Shown: positions 46,127-59,678 of the stretch, in pieces | Position numbering within the stretch: the stretch's first letter is position 1 | Layout of the letters: every line of letters begins with the position of its first letter | Assembly (NCBI GenBank): GCA_010015805.1 | Contig: ML978127.1 | Span: forward strand, 186,001-250,000 | Direction of reading: 5' to 3' | DNA length: 64,000 nt | Source of the DNA: Rhizodiscina lignyota | Taxonomy: Eukaryota | Program-made: the position numbers and the translations under genes | The notes under the pieces: generated by a model | Database searches by the model: none | What the model was told of the DNA's origin: nothing | Seen by the model: the letters and a program-made list of their open reading frames with translations, nothing else

Positions 46127-48306
46127 ATGGCAGCGGTATTCAAGAAGCACGATATTGAGGCCACTCTGTACGCCGAAAAGCAAGATATCGCCAGTGGTCG
46201 ATTAAAGGACGATAATCCATTGGATCATAGTGAAGGCTTTCGCCTTCTCTGCGAAGCTTGTCGAAGAGGTGATTTAAAAATCTGCCAGGAACAAATCTCA
46301 ACTGGCGTCAACATCAACGCAAGGGATCGATTCGATTATACGCCTTTGATATTGGTATGCTCTCCAATTACGCAAAGTTCACCGCCCACGCGCACCCACA
46401 ACCATTCGCCCAATTGGACTTTCGACTACCTAGATTTCCAATAATTCTGTATGCTAATAAAGTGTTTTATATATAGGCAAGTCTCTGCGGCCACTACGAA
46501 GTCGTGCGCCTCCTTCTCGAGTCCGGCGCACTCTGCGAACGCGATACTTTCCAGGGCGAGCGCTGTCTATACAATGCGCTGAACGACCGAATCCGCAATC
46601 TCCTTCTTCAATATGACTACTCCAAATCAACAGACCCGCTTCAACCTCTAGCTGGCCACATTACCTCTTTGCTTGCGCGAGAACATCCAAATACCAGCGA
46701 CATCAGTGTAGTAACTGATGGAAGGGAATTCAGGCTGCATAAGTTCATATTAAGCGCGAGAAGTCCCTTCTTTGAGAACAAGCTGTCGGTGGCTCCAGAG
46801 ACGACAATGTGGAGATTACCAAATAGTATACCGAGTGACTCATTTCTGGTAGCGATAAAATATCTCTACTTATCAGAAATGGCGACAGATCTTGGTGCGC
46901 ATTCGGATGACGAAGAGCAGGCGACCCTTACTGGCATTGATAAGCTCAGCCGCCAGCTAGAAATTGAGCGGCTGTTCGAGTACATACTCGAAAGGGGTGA
47001 CAGGCGGTTGACAAGGCAAAGAAGACAGGATGAAGTCTCCCGTGGGAGGGATCAATTAGAAGGCTGGTTCAAGGACAATGTCATACGACACAAGGTCACT
47101 GTCGATAAGGAGAAAGCAAACGAAGTGCGCTGGGATCGTAGCAATGGCATTTTCGCTGACGTACTCCTCCGCGCGGATGAAGAGGAAGATGAATGTGAGG
47201 AAGACGGAGTGATAGATCAATCGAAACTTACGGTCACGAAGACCGAAGGACCTCTAAACGGATTGCCCATCGGCAACTTCGACAGTCGTTCACGATCCGT
47301 ATCACGAACGAGAAGAAAGCGAAAATCCGTCCTGTATCCATGCCACCGTGCAATGCTCACTCGCTCGGAGTTTTTTATGACCATGTTCTCTTCTTCTTTC
47401 CGCGAGGCACAGCAGACGCCGTACCTGCAGATAATACCCATAGATTGCTCGCCCGCCGTCCTCGAGGTAATCCTCACGTATCTGTACACCGAGAGGGCAG
47501 ACTTCGATCTCAGCGTCGCAATAGACGTGCTGTTTGCCGCCGACTTGCTGCTGTTAGAGAAGCTCAAGGCTCGTGCTGCATTAATTATCTCGACATTAGG
47601 AAACGGCGCAGCAAGCATTGTGGAAGCAGCTGACCCGAGAGGCGAGACGGCAGAAGAGGAAGTCATTGACATATATGAGGTCGTAAGGGCAGGATGGGAT
47701 ACGAGGATGCATCGACTGGAAGAGTTTGGCGCTCGGTACATTGCGTATAGACTGGAGAGATTTGTTGACGAGGAAGAATTTGCTCAGTTGGTAAGGGAGA
47801 GTGCGGCAAGGATCAAAGAGAGGCAAGAGACAGATACTGTGGAGTTGGTTGATGAGTATGTTTCACCTCCTTTTCCTTCAACCAATTTTTGTTCCGGCCT
47901 TAGCTTTTGTTCAAATATAATGAAGCTGACAGAACACAACAGCATACGCTACTACCTCTCCGAGCGATTCCGCCTGCGCATGGAAGATGCCGGCCTCGAG
48001 GAAATGATGGATGATCAGGACATCGACGCCCTCGCTTCTACGCAAACAAAGCCCGATTTAGATCCAACATTTGCAGATGTCATCCCCACGGCCAACTTCG
48101 ACCAAGACGAAGGTATCGATATCCACTCTGGCGCCACTCCGCCAAGAGAAGAGATAGGATACGCAGCTGACTTAGAGACCGTGGCCGTTGTACGTACACT
48201 GGATGGCGAGGAGGTTGAAGATGAGTTTTCGCAGGATGCAATGAACTACCAGATCCTTCTTGGAAAGATTGATGGGCTACTGGACCGGTTGAAGTTGGAT
48301 GCTTGA
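46127..48306 (+). CDS. Ankyrin-repeat and BTB/POZ domain protein (Btb3/ABTB1-like Cul3 adaptor)
   Basis: Ankyrin CEACRRGD..NARDRFDYTPLIL|ASLCGHYEVV. Two BTB motifs (LHKFILSARSPFF; CHRAMLTRSEFF). Introns at 46355-46476 and probably 47856-47942. Confidence 0.9.
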
Positions 48307-48599
48307 GCTGTTTTATATGTACCGGTGTTGGCCTGGTGTAGGACTTCAGTCACGAAGATTCAGAGGGCCATTTACGGTGTGAATACCTTGCACTTAGACG
48401 AAGCGATTGGCATGTAGCGTTCTTTGTTCACGACTGTCGATAGTGGCAGAATTGCGTTTCAAGGAAAGCAGAAATCGATGCCTTTGGTATCTGTTACCGC
48501 TCGCTAGAGTATACGCCATATAGGAAACATTTAGGCGTCATATACCGACAAACTCCCTCTATTACCTCTCACTCAATCCAAGTAACCATGGAACATCTC

Positions 48600-50021
48600 T
48601 TATAACGCCACCTCATCGAAATCGCCTGCTTCTTCCTGCCCCTGAGCCTGCGCCGGGGCACCTTGAGCTGCACCTTCATCTGCCCTTCCTCTTGCTTTGC
48701 TCAACGCACCTTCAGCAAGTTCTCGTTGCCTGGCATAGTCCTCATCCTCATCCTTTCCCGTGTCTCCATTTCCATTCGTACTGAGCTCGTCATTCTCATC
48801 GTCATCGTCATCCTCCAGCGACGCTCGCTTCTCCGCCAATGTCTCGCCACCAAGCGTGGAGGTATCAGCTTCATGCTCTGGCCTAGATTGCTGGGGCACA
48901 GAGCTCGATGTAGACGGCGGCTCTGCCTCTTGAATTGGAGCAGATGTCGGAGCGTGCATTTGCACTGGCGGATGTGGCTGATCTGGCGTAGGCGGTGTGA
49001 CCTCTGTGCGAGGACTCTGGATTGGCGTCCTTGGTCTGACCGGTAATTGCTCCTGGCTGCCCTGCTGTTGTTGAGGCGGCGGCGGCGGTGGCTGCCCCTG
49101 TGTGGGCGTTCCCATCTGCCTGAGCCTTGGATCCGCATTAAGATAGTAACCTCTCACGCCCACGATCCTGCCCTCACGCTCGCAGCCTTTCACCCAGTCT
49201 GGCACGACCACAGGCACGTTCATCTCCACGGCTTTCTCCCAGTCTCTTCCCCTACCCTCAGTGGTGACGAAGTGTGTCGTGTCAATTCTCACCCCTTCAA
49301 TCATTCTCGCGCCCATCCTATCGATCGTCTCCTTCAGACTCGTCAACAGGGACGCAGGCATGATTCCAGGGCTGACCGTGATTCCGCTCAACTGCGTCAT
49401 CTTGTGCGTCCTGACCGTCAGCTTCTCACTACTGAACGTGCCCGCGCTCGTCCGCAGCACTAAATGGAACGTATACTCCGTATCGACTGCTAATCCGCTG
49501 ATCTTCGTGCTCATCATATCACGAGGGCGCGGGATGTTCCCAGCCTTCTGGCCATTGCGATAAAGGGAGAGGCTGCGTAGTTCGGAGGTTGCGAAGTCAA
49601 TAGCGTCCCATTCTAGAACAACGGAGGTTTGTGTGGCATTGCGGCAGCGTAAGACAGGCGCAGAGGGAGAATGTGCGCCAAAAGTGCGGTAGATGGTGTC
49701 CTGGAGGGCGGCGAACTTCGAAGCAGCCAGAGACTCGGAGGTGAGGTTGCGGGAGACGGTCACGTCGACGATGGAGCCGGAGGAGATGTCTGGTGGGAGG
49801 AGAACGGACGGGAATTCGATCTGCAGGTGGCACGTTAATATGAATTCTAGTATCAAGCAAACAAATGCGACAAAGGTTTTTAAATCGGCCACTACGCAAC
49901 GCGGGATGTAGCCTCATGAGTATGGGGCCAGGAAGTTAGAAAGTCATACCAGTCTCTTGTCTTCTGTTAGGAGGACAGCAACGCCAGCGTCGACTTTACC
50001 GACGGTGAGAGAAACGAGCAT
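48600..50021 (-). CDS. CHS5: Exomer subunit Chs5 (N-terminal dimerisation, FN3 and BRCT domains, acidic tail)
   Basis: MLVSLTVGKVDAGVAVLLTEDKRL|IEFPSVLLP, TQTSVVLEWD, TKISGLAVDTEY, IDTTHFV and VPVVVPDWV. Intron at 49821-49949. Confidence 0.95.
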
Positions 50022-50419
50022 CTTGGGCGTCGTGAGGCACAATTGGAGAGTTAAGGTTGAGCAGAGTCTGAAGTTGGAGACAGCTTGATGTTTCGCGATG
50101 CGCTGCGCTCTCGCTTCTGCTCAGCTCACCCTTGCTCAAAATCTAATCTTATCATTTTCCATATTCATCTTTAGATGGAAGAAAGCACAAATAATGCCAC
50201 TGTTGAAGAGTCCCATTTGTGAATAAGGCGCTGATATGTATGCAGACAACTTTTCCTCCACAGTTGTATATGAGTTTTGTAAAGTCATTGCGCCAGATCA
50301 CGTCTATTCATACAGAACATGCGCCATTTCCAGAATCCTCAAATATATTCTCAACAGAGTCGAGATGCCAACAGTCCTTGTTGCTTTTGCATGACGCCAA
50401 GAGGTAACCGGCCAAGAGT

Positions 50420-51902
50420 CTACATAATAACCTCGTTCGAGACATCCTATGGAGGCCATTAGCAAATGTCAAAATGTCCACGTTTGAGCTAGACTCACCC
50501 TCTTCAATGCCTTGTATGGCAAGCAGACGCAGTTCTGAACGCGAACTTCATCGCCAACTTCGCACTCCTTGCCCAAGATAGTGATGCTCTGCACCTTGAC
50601 ACCGTTCTTGACAATGCTTGTGCTGTGGCTCGTCACAGGTGTTGGTGTGCCCTCAACCCGTGCCCAAGCACCAACTTTGCTGCCCCATCCGACGATGGAA
50701 TACAGCACGCAGGCATCGTGCTTGACCTCCGCATCCTCGAGGATGATGGATTCCTTGATACGTGCGCCAGCACCAATTGTCACACGGGGGCCGATGGAGA
50801 CATTGGGGCCAAGCTTAGCGGTTGGGTCAACGTTCGCAGAAGGGTGAATGAAAACTGGGGGAAGGATAGTAGCGCTTGGAGCGGCCAACTCATCCGACCC
50901 GCTCTGGAATGCCTTCATGAGGTAGAGAGCATTCGCAGGCACAGCAGAACCGGCAGTCTTGATCTGACGCCAGAAGTCCTTAGTCTCGAGGACAAAAAAC
51001 TGTCTGCTGTCCGCGAGGTCGGAAAGAATGTCCTGCTCCAAGCGAATCACCTCATTGCTCTCGCCATTCTCCTCCTGCCCGTTATAATAGCTGTCGAGGT
51101 TCTCGGAGGACGGATAAGACACGAGACGCGGTCGCTCAGTGCGGCGCTTGATGGTACTGCGAATGGCGGGGAAGATGCACTCCGTCGCAAAGAGATACAC
51201 TCCGCAGTTGATGAGATTTGAGACATGCGATTCGGGGCGCTCGACGTAGTGCAGCACGCGCTTGTTGTGTGCGTCCGAGACGATGCAGCCAAAGTTCGAC
51301 GCAGCGTCGTTGCTCACGCGGGTGCCCAGAATGACTGCCTCTGCATTCTTCTCCTCGAACAGCTTGAGCATCTCCTGCAGGGGAAACGAGCAGCAGACGT
51401 CGACATTCAGGACGAAAAACCTATCTGGGTTGCCCTTGAGTATAGCATCACGGAAGTGGTATAGTCCTCCTGCCGTGCCCAATGCCTGGTATTCGCGCAG
51501 GTACTTGATGCTGATTTGCGGGAAGGCTTTCGAGGAGTCTTTGATGAAGTCGCGGAAGACGGTCTCGTCATAGTAACCGACAATGAACACTTCCTTGATC
51601 TCGGGGACCTTTGTGATAGCGCGGAAGCAATGCTCTAAGATTGGGTGGCCGGCGACTTCGAATAGAGGCTGCGAGGCGGTCAGTTGAGAGGGTAATACAA
51701 TTGAAACAAGGTTTGAGGACTGACTTTCGGGACGTCCAGAGACAGCGGTCGGAAGCGAGTGCCTCGAGAAGGCCCGCCAACCTGGAAACTGTAAGTGTGA
51801 ATACTGTCGAAGTGCGCCCTGAACTTTGCATACCAAAATGACAGCTTTCGTTGAGGGAGTGGCGCCGTTGGCCTTGCCTCGCATTGGGACCTGGAGGCTC
51901 AT
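50420..51902 (-). CDS. Mannose-1-phosphate guanyltransferase, alpha (GMPPA/Mpg2) type, 4 exons
   Basis: Spliced KAVIL|VGGPSRGTRFRPLSLDVPK|PLF is the GMPPA-type signature. ALGTAGGLYHFRD, INCGVYLF and hexapeptide beta-helix repeats follow. The last exon reads DVSNEVIM*. Confidence 0.92.
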
Positions 51903-53183
51903 ATTGGCAGCAGTATAGGGTGAGGAAATACTCGAGGTATGCACGGAAATTTTCAATTGCTTAGAGAGCCAGAGAAGACTTGTAGAATTCAAACTGCGGT
52001 GTGCCCCAAAAAATTCAGGATGCTACGTATGCAGCTTGTGACAAGGGAGCTCAGGCCAACATCGTGAAAGGGGGACCGCCGCTGTGGCTGGAGCCGCGTG
52101 GTGACGATGAGCGCTGTGAGACGGCCACGCCTCCTTATCGATTCTCCAGAAATAATAGAGGCGATCCTCATCATGCTTAATACTGTATCCATGTTCCATG
52201 CTCGGGAACTGGCTGGGTTTCTCAGCTGGGCCAGGCCTACGGAGTACCTACTACCGACGAGGTGTGAGCGCAGCATGTGGATCTGTCCGTAAGTCGCCAA
52301 CTAGCGATGCCTCGACGATGTGGATTGCACTTGTTTCGCGACGAGCATTTTCGTGTGAGACGATTCACTGGCATGCAGCTGGCCATAATCTCGCATGTCC
52401 TCTTGAAGAATTGTTGGCGTGCAGGCTTGCCCAATTCCTTACGGCACTTCGTAAGGTTGCGCGTGCTCTCTCCGCAAACCGTCCCATAACGCCGTACGAT
52501 GCTGGACGCTCCACCTCAAACTCAACCCGCCTCTCGACTTTCTATTCCCTGAGGGGAAGTAGCGGCGAGTGCTCTAATTGGCCACATTTCTCTTACAGCT
52601 TTACACTGATCGCCCTGCTTCCCTCTCCCGAAATGTGAGCAGTCACTCCATGGCATTGGAAGCTCTTGTAAAGAAGCAGCTTACGGCCTCTCACATTGAT
52701 CTGCGCTACGCAGTAGCTGCCTGAAGGCGTTTAAAAGGAAAGTTTACGGTGCCTTATTCTGAAAATATGTTGAGCTGTCTTATTTTGAGAGGCGATTTTG
52801 TGGAGATCTCTGCCTTAACACGCACCTCTCCTACCTACCCGTGTGAATTGAGGCCGACTTTAACGCCTCCAGCTCCCGTTCATCGTGTTACTGGAGCCTT
52901 AGTCTTTTTTATGACTCACCCTTGATCTAATTCTTCGATTCTTTCCCTCCGGACTTCTTCCTCTCAAGTACAACCCTCAACCTCCTACCTTCCCCTTCCA
53001 CCTTCAACCTCTCACATCTAACCTCCACCCTTCTCACTTCTGCTATCAGTCTCCTGTGCAGTACTTCGCACTTGTACTTTTAGCTTCTCTTTCCTCTAAC
53101 GTCACTCGAAGTGACGCTTTTCACTTTTCACTGCACGTGAGGCGCGTGTTCGCGCTCGAAAATTAGCCTCAACCTCCACTACC

Positions 53184-55855
53184 ATGCCTACATTCAGCAT
53201 GGAACGCAGCAGTTCGCTGCCATCTCGTACACAATCCTCAACAACAAAGACACAAGAAGAAGAAGACATGGAAGTTGACGGCCTTAGCGGACAGACACAC
53301 GCGAATTCGTTCTTCGGTAACTTACCTTATCATGAATTGTCACCCAGATCTAATCAAGTGATAGGAAAAAACATTCACGTGAATGGTCATAGAGCGACTT
53401 CTACCAACCCGTCGACAGTATCGGACAGCTTCGATATCATTGGTGCCGACATGAAGGAGTTAATCGAGGCAATGACAGCGCTGGAGCGCCTTGGCGTCGA
53501 AAAGTCGGAGATCGCGGTACCCAAGGTTGTGGTCATTGGTGATCAATCCGCTGGAAAGAGCTCGCTCATCGAAGCGATGTCTGAGATTCAAGTCCCTCGT
53601 AATGCAGGAACATGCACACGCTGTCCTCTGCAGATTACAGTCGCTCCCGATTCCGAGCCTTGGAGATGCACAGTAACACTGGTGTATAAGTACGCTTGGT
53701 ACGATATTGAGGATCCGTATCCGTCCGATAAAGCTCAGCAGCCATTCCATCCGTGGACCGAAAGTGACACGAGCACGACTCACTTTGCTACGCTGACCAA
53801 CAAGGACGACCTGAAGGATGTCCTCGAGCGTGCCCAGATCGCGATCCTCCACCCGTCGCAAAATCCTACGAAGTACCTCAAAGGTCGGAAGCCAGTAAAG
53901 ACCGAGGTCGAATTTTCTCCGAACTACATTTCGTTACAGATCCAAGGCCCCAATCTTCCCAATTTGTCGTTTTATGATCTTCCCGGCATCATAAACCAAA
54001 CAGAGCATGGGGACAAAGAGTATCTCGTCGATATCGTCAGGAACCTCGCGAAGGAGTACATCTCCGATGACAGCTGTCTTGTACTGTTGGCCTGCTCAAT
54101 GGAGAGCGATATTCACACTTCAAGCGCTGGAAGCATTGTGCATAGCCTAAAAGCCAACGACCGCTGCATTGGAGTCCTGACCAAGCCTGATCGCTTGCCA
54201 AGTGGCGACCCTGTAGATATCTGGCGAGATATCTTGTCCGGCCGCAAATTCAAACGTGGCCACGGCTACTACGTTACCAAACAACCTGCTCAAACGGAGC
54301 TGGCCTTGGGTCACACGGAAGCACGTACTCTTGAGGACGAATTTTTCGCGAGCGCAGAGCCCTGGTGCTCGACTTTCGCCGATTTCAAGCACTTGTTCGG
54401 CACCAAACACCTTCAGCAGGCACTTTCTCGCAAGTTGGCGTCTCAAATCATGCGGTTCCTCCCCGATATTGAGCAGAAAGTGGAGGATAGGCTAGCATCG
54501 ATTGAGGAGGAACTAGCCACGCTTCCGAAAATTCCGGAGGCTGATGCCTATCACATCGTCACCGAATGCCTCAACTCTTTCATGAACGAGGTGAATAAGT
54601 TTGTGAAGGGGAAGTTTCCTGATTACGGGTTTCGTAATACCTGGAAGGCGGAAAAACAGGCCTATAGGGAGGCCATAACTGACCTGCGCCCACGCCTATC
54701 AGTGGCCTCGCAGCATGATGCGAAAATCCATCTACTTGCTAAGGCGTCGCCCTCGAAACCGAAGGCTCTTCACAACGTGATTTCTCTCGATGATGATGAC
54801 AATTCGCCAGAACCAGTGGCTGCAACGCCGACGAAGAAGCGCAAGGCGGATGATGGTCGTGTTGCTACACCAGCATCGACGCCATCTCGCACAGCGAGGA
54901 GGTCAACAACAAATTGTGAGTAATCCCAGTTATGCGTGAACACTAGTCAAAATGATATTAACCTCTTACAGCGCACGCAGTGACCATTAGTCTCGACGAT
55001 GTGAAGAAGGTGCTTGAGTTATTCTCCGTGTCCGGCCGCCCTGGCACCTTCGACCCGGAAGCTGTGGATCATCTCATCCTGAAGGGTCTCCAGCATTGGG
55101 GCAGTCCCACGGAACAGCTGAAAATTCACACACGTGTACACCTTGTTAAGGCCCTGAAGGTTGCACTGGACAGAGCCTTCGGCAAACATAAAGACACTCA
55201 ACTTTTCGCGCTCGTACAAGATATTGTGTTCACGTTTCTTGACCAGCGCCTTGTCAAACATCAGGAGATCTCTGAGATGTTTTTGGAACATGAGCATCAT
55301 CAACCTTCCACCGAGAATCACGACGGTCTGGAGCATGCACGCCTGGCCATGCTGAGCGAAATCGAAAGTTACCGGTTCACGCATCGCGCTCGCAAGCTGC
55401 TGATGGCTGAGGCGACCCAGGCCGGCAAGACTATCACGGAAGAAGAGTTCGAACTTAAGTTCAATAAGGATCAGAAGCGTCTCAAAGATGTGCTAGGTGC
55501 CGACCCCGCACAGAGAGAAATTGATGTTATGGCGGAGATCCGTGGTTACTATAATGTCGCATCTATGCGCTTTGTCGATAACATCTGCCGCAGCATGGAC
55601 GTGGAAGTCTTCGAGCACCTCAAAGAGAAGCTCCGTGCTGTGCTCGATCGCGAGGTCTTGTTCGTGGATGGCATGCATGTTCAAGAACGGTGTGTGCTTC
55701 TTCTCGCGGAAGATCCAGAGCGGGAGAAGCGCAGGGGAGAGTTGAAGATTGAGAAGAGCAACCTCTTGGAGGCGAAGACGGTCTTGGGGAAACTGCAGGA
55801 GAAGTTCTCTACCGACCCAATTCGTCAGGTTGACTGGGACCAGGCCATGTGCTAG
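53184..55855 (+). CDS. Dynamin-superfamily GTPase (Mx-like fungal dynamin-related protein) with stalk and GED
   Basis: G1 VIGDQSAGKSSLIE, G2 GTCTRCP, G3 DLPG, G4 TKPD. GED-like end GYYNVASMRFVDNI..LLAEDPEREKRR. Intron at 54916-54971, with an alternative in-frame acceptor at 54980. Confidence 0.9.
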
Positions 55856-56463
55856 ATGCGGTGCATACGCTACTGAGATTGGGCTCACAGAATCGGGATA
55901 CGAATACCAGTTGAATGCACTTTCTTTTCCTTTTTTCCTTTTTGCCTTTGGGTTATGGTCTCGAATCACCACACACTGGTGAGATTTTGACTTCTTGCGA
56001 CACAAGAAGCTCTCTGCTGAGATACTGTACTCAGCGGGCCACTCTAATGGCAATGGAGCTGCTGAGAAGCTTTTCGGACGACTCTAGATAGCAAACTGAA
56101 TATGCTGTCACTGAAATAAAAATTTCTCCCAATCCACTCGCACGAGACGTAACATGCTCTACGTAGTGGTGATGTCTAATCAAGGTGCAGGCAAACTTCC
56201 GCTCCCTTCGGAAGACTGGACTGAGCGGCACAGAAGATACCTTTTTCACTGCCTATAAATAATACCGTAAATACAGCATTCGTCCTTCAAATCTTATATC
56301 CTAAACATCTTCAAGAGATCAGACCCACCTTCAAGCATTGAGCATCGCAAGGCTGAACCCCACAAAAATTTAGCGAACGCCACATCCGCCTTTGTCCCTC
56401 ACCATCCCATCTTCAAACCATTTTTTTTACACGAACCAAATTCTTGAATTCTCGCTGCCAAAA

Positions 56464-57188
56464 ATGGCTTCTCAAGCGCGCAATGGCATGTCTGCACCTG
56501 TCTCCAAGCCAGAACCCGTTTCCAATCCAAACGCAACACCAGGTATTCCCCAAACCCCGCCACTCCATTTCCACATCCGCAATGCTAACTCCCATCCTTC
56601 GCAGAGCAAAAAGTCGCCAACTTCACACTCGCAGTCTCCCTCCTCCTCGTCACCTGGCCCGCGCTCTCCCTCGCCGTCGCAAACTCCTGGGGCGGGCCCG
56701 ACAGCGCCGACAAGCGCGACTGGCTAGGCGGCGCGATCATCGACCTCTTCGAGTCTGCGCCGGGCACCGACGTCGAGGACGTGGAAGACGTACTGTTGCA
56801 GGTCATGCAGGACGAGTTCGAGGTGAATCTCGAGGATGGGAGCGAGGTGGGCGTCGCGAAGGGGATTATGAAGGCGCGAGAGCAGTGCGCGAGAGGGGAC
56901 TTCACGGAGATAAAAGAGATGGAGAGGGTGTGGAGGGAGAGGAAGGGCCCGGTCCCGAAGCCGATGGAGGTGATTGAGAATGTGCATGATGGGGAAGAGA
57001 TTGATGATGACGAAGACTATGAAGATGACGACGAGGATGAAGACGAAGACGATGGTGATGTACGGATGGGAGATGCGGAGGCATTGGTGCCGGATTTGGT
57101 ACCGGTATTAAAAGAAAGGGCCAAAAAGCCGGAGCCGGAGGTCGACGAAGATGGCTTTACGAAGGTCGTGGGCAAGAAGAAGAGATGA
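56464..57188 (+). CDS. TSR2: Pre-rRNA-processing protein Tsr2
   Basis: After intron 56543-56604 the frame reads WPALSLAVANSWGGPDSADKRDWL (WGG motif), then QVMQDEFEVNLEDGS, an acidic tract and VDEDGFTKVVGKKKR. Confidence 0.93.
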
Positions 57189-57666
57189 GAGGTTATGCGT
57201 GAGACGGACAGCAACATCGATCGCTCGTTAATTAGAGCACGACAGCACTACAGAATGGAGGATTCAAATTTGCTTTGGTCCAATCCTAGATCTGGCAGAG
57301 CTGACAGGCCAGGATGGGCCTCATAGATCGATAAAGCAGCGATTAATCCCGTCAAAAGGCTCACTTAACCGAAGAGGCTCAGACTCGCAATACCGGGGAC
57401 AGCGAGGACGCAAACGAGCGCCTTGTTCAGAACCACCTAGCGATAGTCTCATTCGCTTCGAGCAGCAGCTATGGACACTGATAGAGAAGATAGTGCGCAT
57501 CTTGAATTGGAAAGACGATCATCGTTTTGTCTCTCATACGCCTATTGTACAATGCTGGTCTCAGAAAGGCGTATCTCATAGGCACCATGCCGTACCGCGC
57601 TATGCAAAATAATATTCACATCGCAATTCCCAGAATCCCAAATGCCAGTAATCGAAAGCACGTTCC

Positions 57667-59678
57667 TTACATAAACGCCATGATAACCCCACTGACCACC
57701 AACGCCATCCAGACTGGCGCATGTCTCCCAACCGCAGCGCTCTTCACATCAATCTGCTCATTTTGCAGCTTCAATGAGGGATTATACACCGCATCGGAGC
57801 TATTCGTCGTGCCATCCCAGCAATATTTCTTCATGCACTGCTGGCACACATCGGGCACTGTCGTCCCCGTACGCTCTAAACTCCTTGCAATAATCGCACA
57901 CCCGACGCACGTCGGCCATTGCGAATCGAGCGTCCCATTGCCCATTGTCGCGACGTCGTAGCCGTTCGTGATTATGGCGTTGCGCTCCGTGGTGTTGTAC
58001 GTCAAATCGAAGGTGCTGACGTTGCTGTTGTACACGTACGGCGCGTTGGCGATGTAGATTACCAAAGGAGTTCGAGCATTGATCTCTGCGCTGTCGTTGC
58101 AGCCGAAAAAGGTCGGGCGCGTGTTCAGGCCCTGGTTGACGAACGTGTTGACGTCCGGCACAGCGGGGAAGCGGGTTCCGTTAGCTATGTCGCTCTGAGA
58201 TCGCTCGTAGGATGCAACGAGCGATGTGCCGTTGGGCCAGTTCTGCGAAATGGTACCGGCAGGCGTGTCGGCGGAGCTGTCGACTGCGAAGATGATGTCC
58301 ACGTTACGGCGCGGCTCGACAATGGGGGAGAGGCCAATGTTCTGTCCGTCCTCACCGCCATCGACGAGCGTGAGGCGCCGGCTGGTGGCACCTGGGTTGG
58401 AGGCGTTATTCCAGAAGTAGAACGGGTTGATCCAATCGGAGATGTCGTTCTCATCGGCGCCAATATCTTCGAGGATGCTGGAGATGGCGGTTTTCAGGAA
58501 CTGCGGTGCGGTGGTACTGTTGACATTGAGGATGAGTTGGTTGAACAGCGATGAAGAGGTGCCCATGATGAAGCCGACGTTGTCAAAGCCTGCAATGCAC
58601 GACTCATTCTGGAAGACTTGGCCGCCACTGAACCGCGTGCCGACGTACTTCGTGGGTGCGAAGCCGAAAATAGTCGGGTCCCAAGAGCCCATTTCGAACG
58701 GATTGAATTCAAAGTTTGTGCTGTTGACAGGGATCAGCGTCTCGCCGGGATCGCGGCCGTCGGAGACACTGATGGGCATTGGCGCAAGACCATTGGCGAA
58801 ATCCGGATCATCGGCAATTGAAGACCAGGTGAAGGAAGGTCCTCCATTACTGGCATTGACGAGATAGTACGAAAGTCCTCGGCCCCAGTAATCTGTGAGA
58901 GATGTGTTATAGCCAGCGTCGGCTTTGCCATGGACGGAATCGAATAGTTCTGTGTAGTAGTCGGCAGTGGAGAGTAATTGAATGCCGCTTGTGTCAGGTC
59001 CTACTACGATCGACTTTCGAAAGTCCCACAACGACCCGCAGTTGTTACTGTCGCAATTCATAATATCTTCGACGGAAGTAAAGTTGTTCGTATAGATGCT
59101 CCCTGTCAGCCAGTTTCCGCCGGACAGACCAACAATATACGTGGCGGCCTGCAGAACTCCACCAATATGGCCAGATGAAGTGGAATTGGATGTTCTGTTA
59201 TCAAACGCAGCCAAGTTACCAGCTCCGTTCAACATTGCTCTCCAACCGCCACCAGAGAATGATATGGCAATGTTCGGAAGGGCGCTGATATTTTGAGAGG
59301 CGCTATCGAGATATGAGTCGACATCGAAACCCTCGATATTCAATCGTCCCAACAGGTCCTTCATCGCCGGAACGGTGTTGTTCCGTCTCTTTTCTAGCCA
59401 TGATTGTTCTTGTGATGATAGGGAGGAGGCGGATCGTATGGAGGGTCTATCGGATGGGCAATCGACCTTGGAAGGAGTGTAACCATCTGGTGCTTGTGGA
59501 GTTGCACGCTCCCGAAGTGATAATATATCGGAGACTGCATGGTCTGAAGGGGGAAGAGCACTGGCTGTGATTGTTTGTTAGCACGTGGACATTTCGGGAC
59601 CATCGGGATACTGCTCATACCTTGTGCGGCACTCAATAGGAGCGCGGAGAAGTACACTGGGTAGAAGTCGAGCTTCAT
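57667..59678 (-). CDS. PLB1: Lysophospholipase / phospholipase B, secreted, probably GPI-anchored
   Basis: Signal peptide and intron 59565-59620. Motifs SGGGWRAM, GLSGGNW (nucleophile), LVDGGED and WPTCVGCA. Hydrophobic C-terminal GPI-like signal. Confidence 0.92.

Noticed and set aside
52900..53183. Long C/T-rich tract and a 7-bp inverted repeat (CGTCACT-CGA-AGTGACG) upstream of the dynamin gene
   Set aside because: Pyrimidine-rich promoter and 5' UTR tracts are ordinary in filamentous fungi, and a 7-bp stem is expected by chance.
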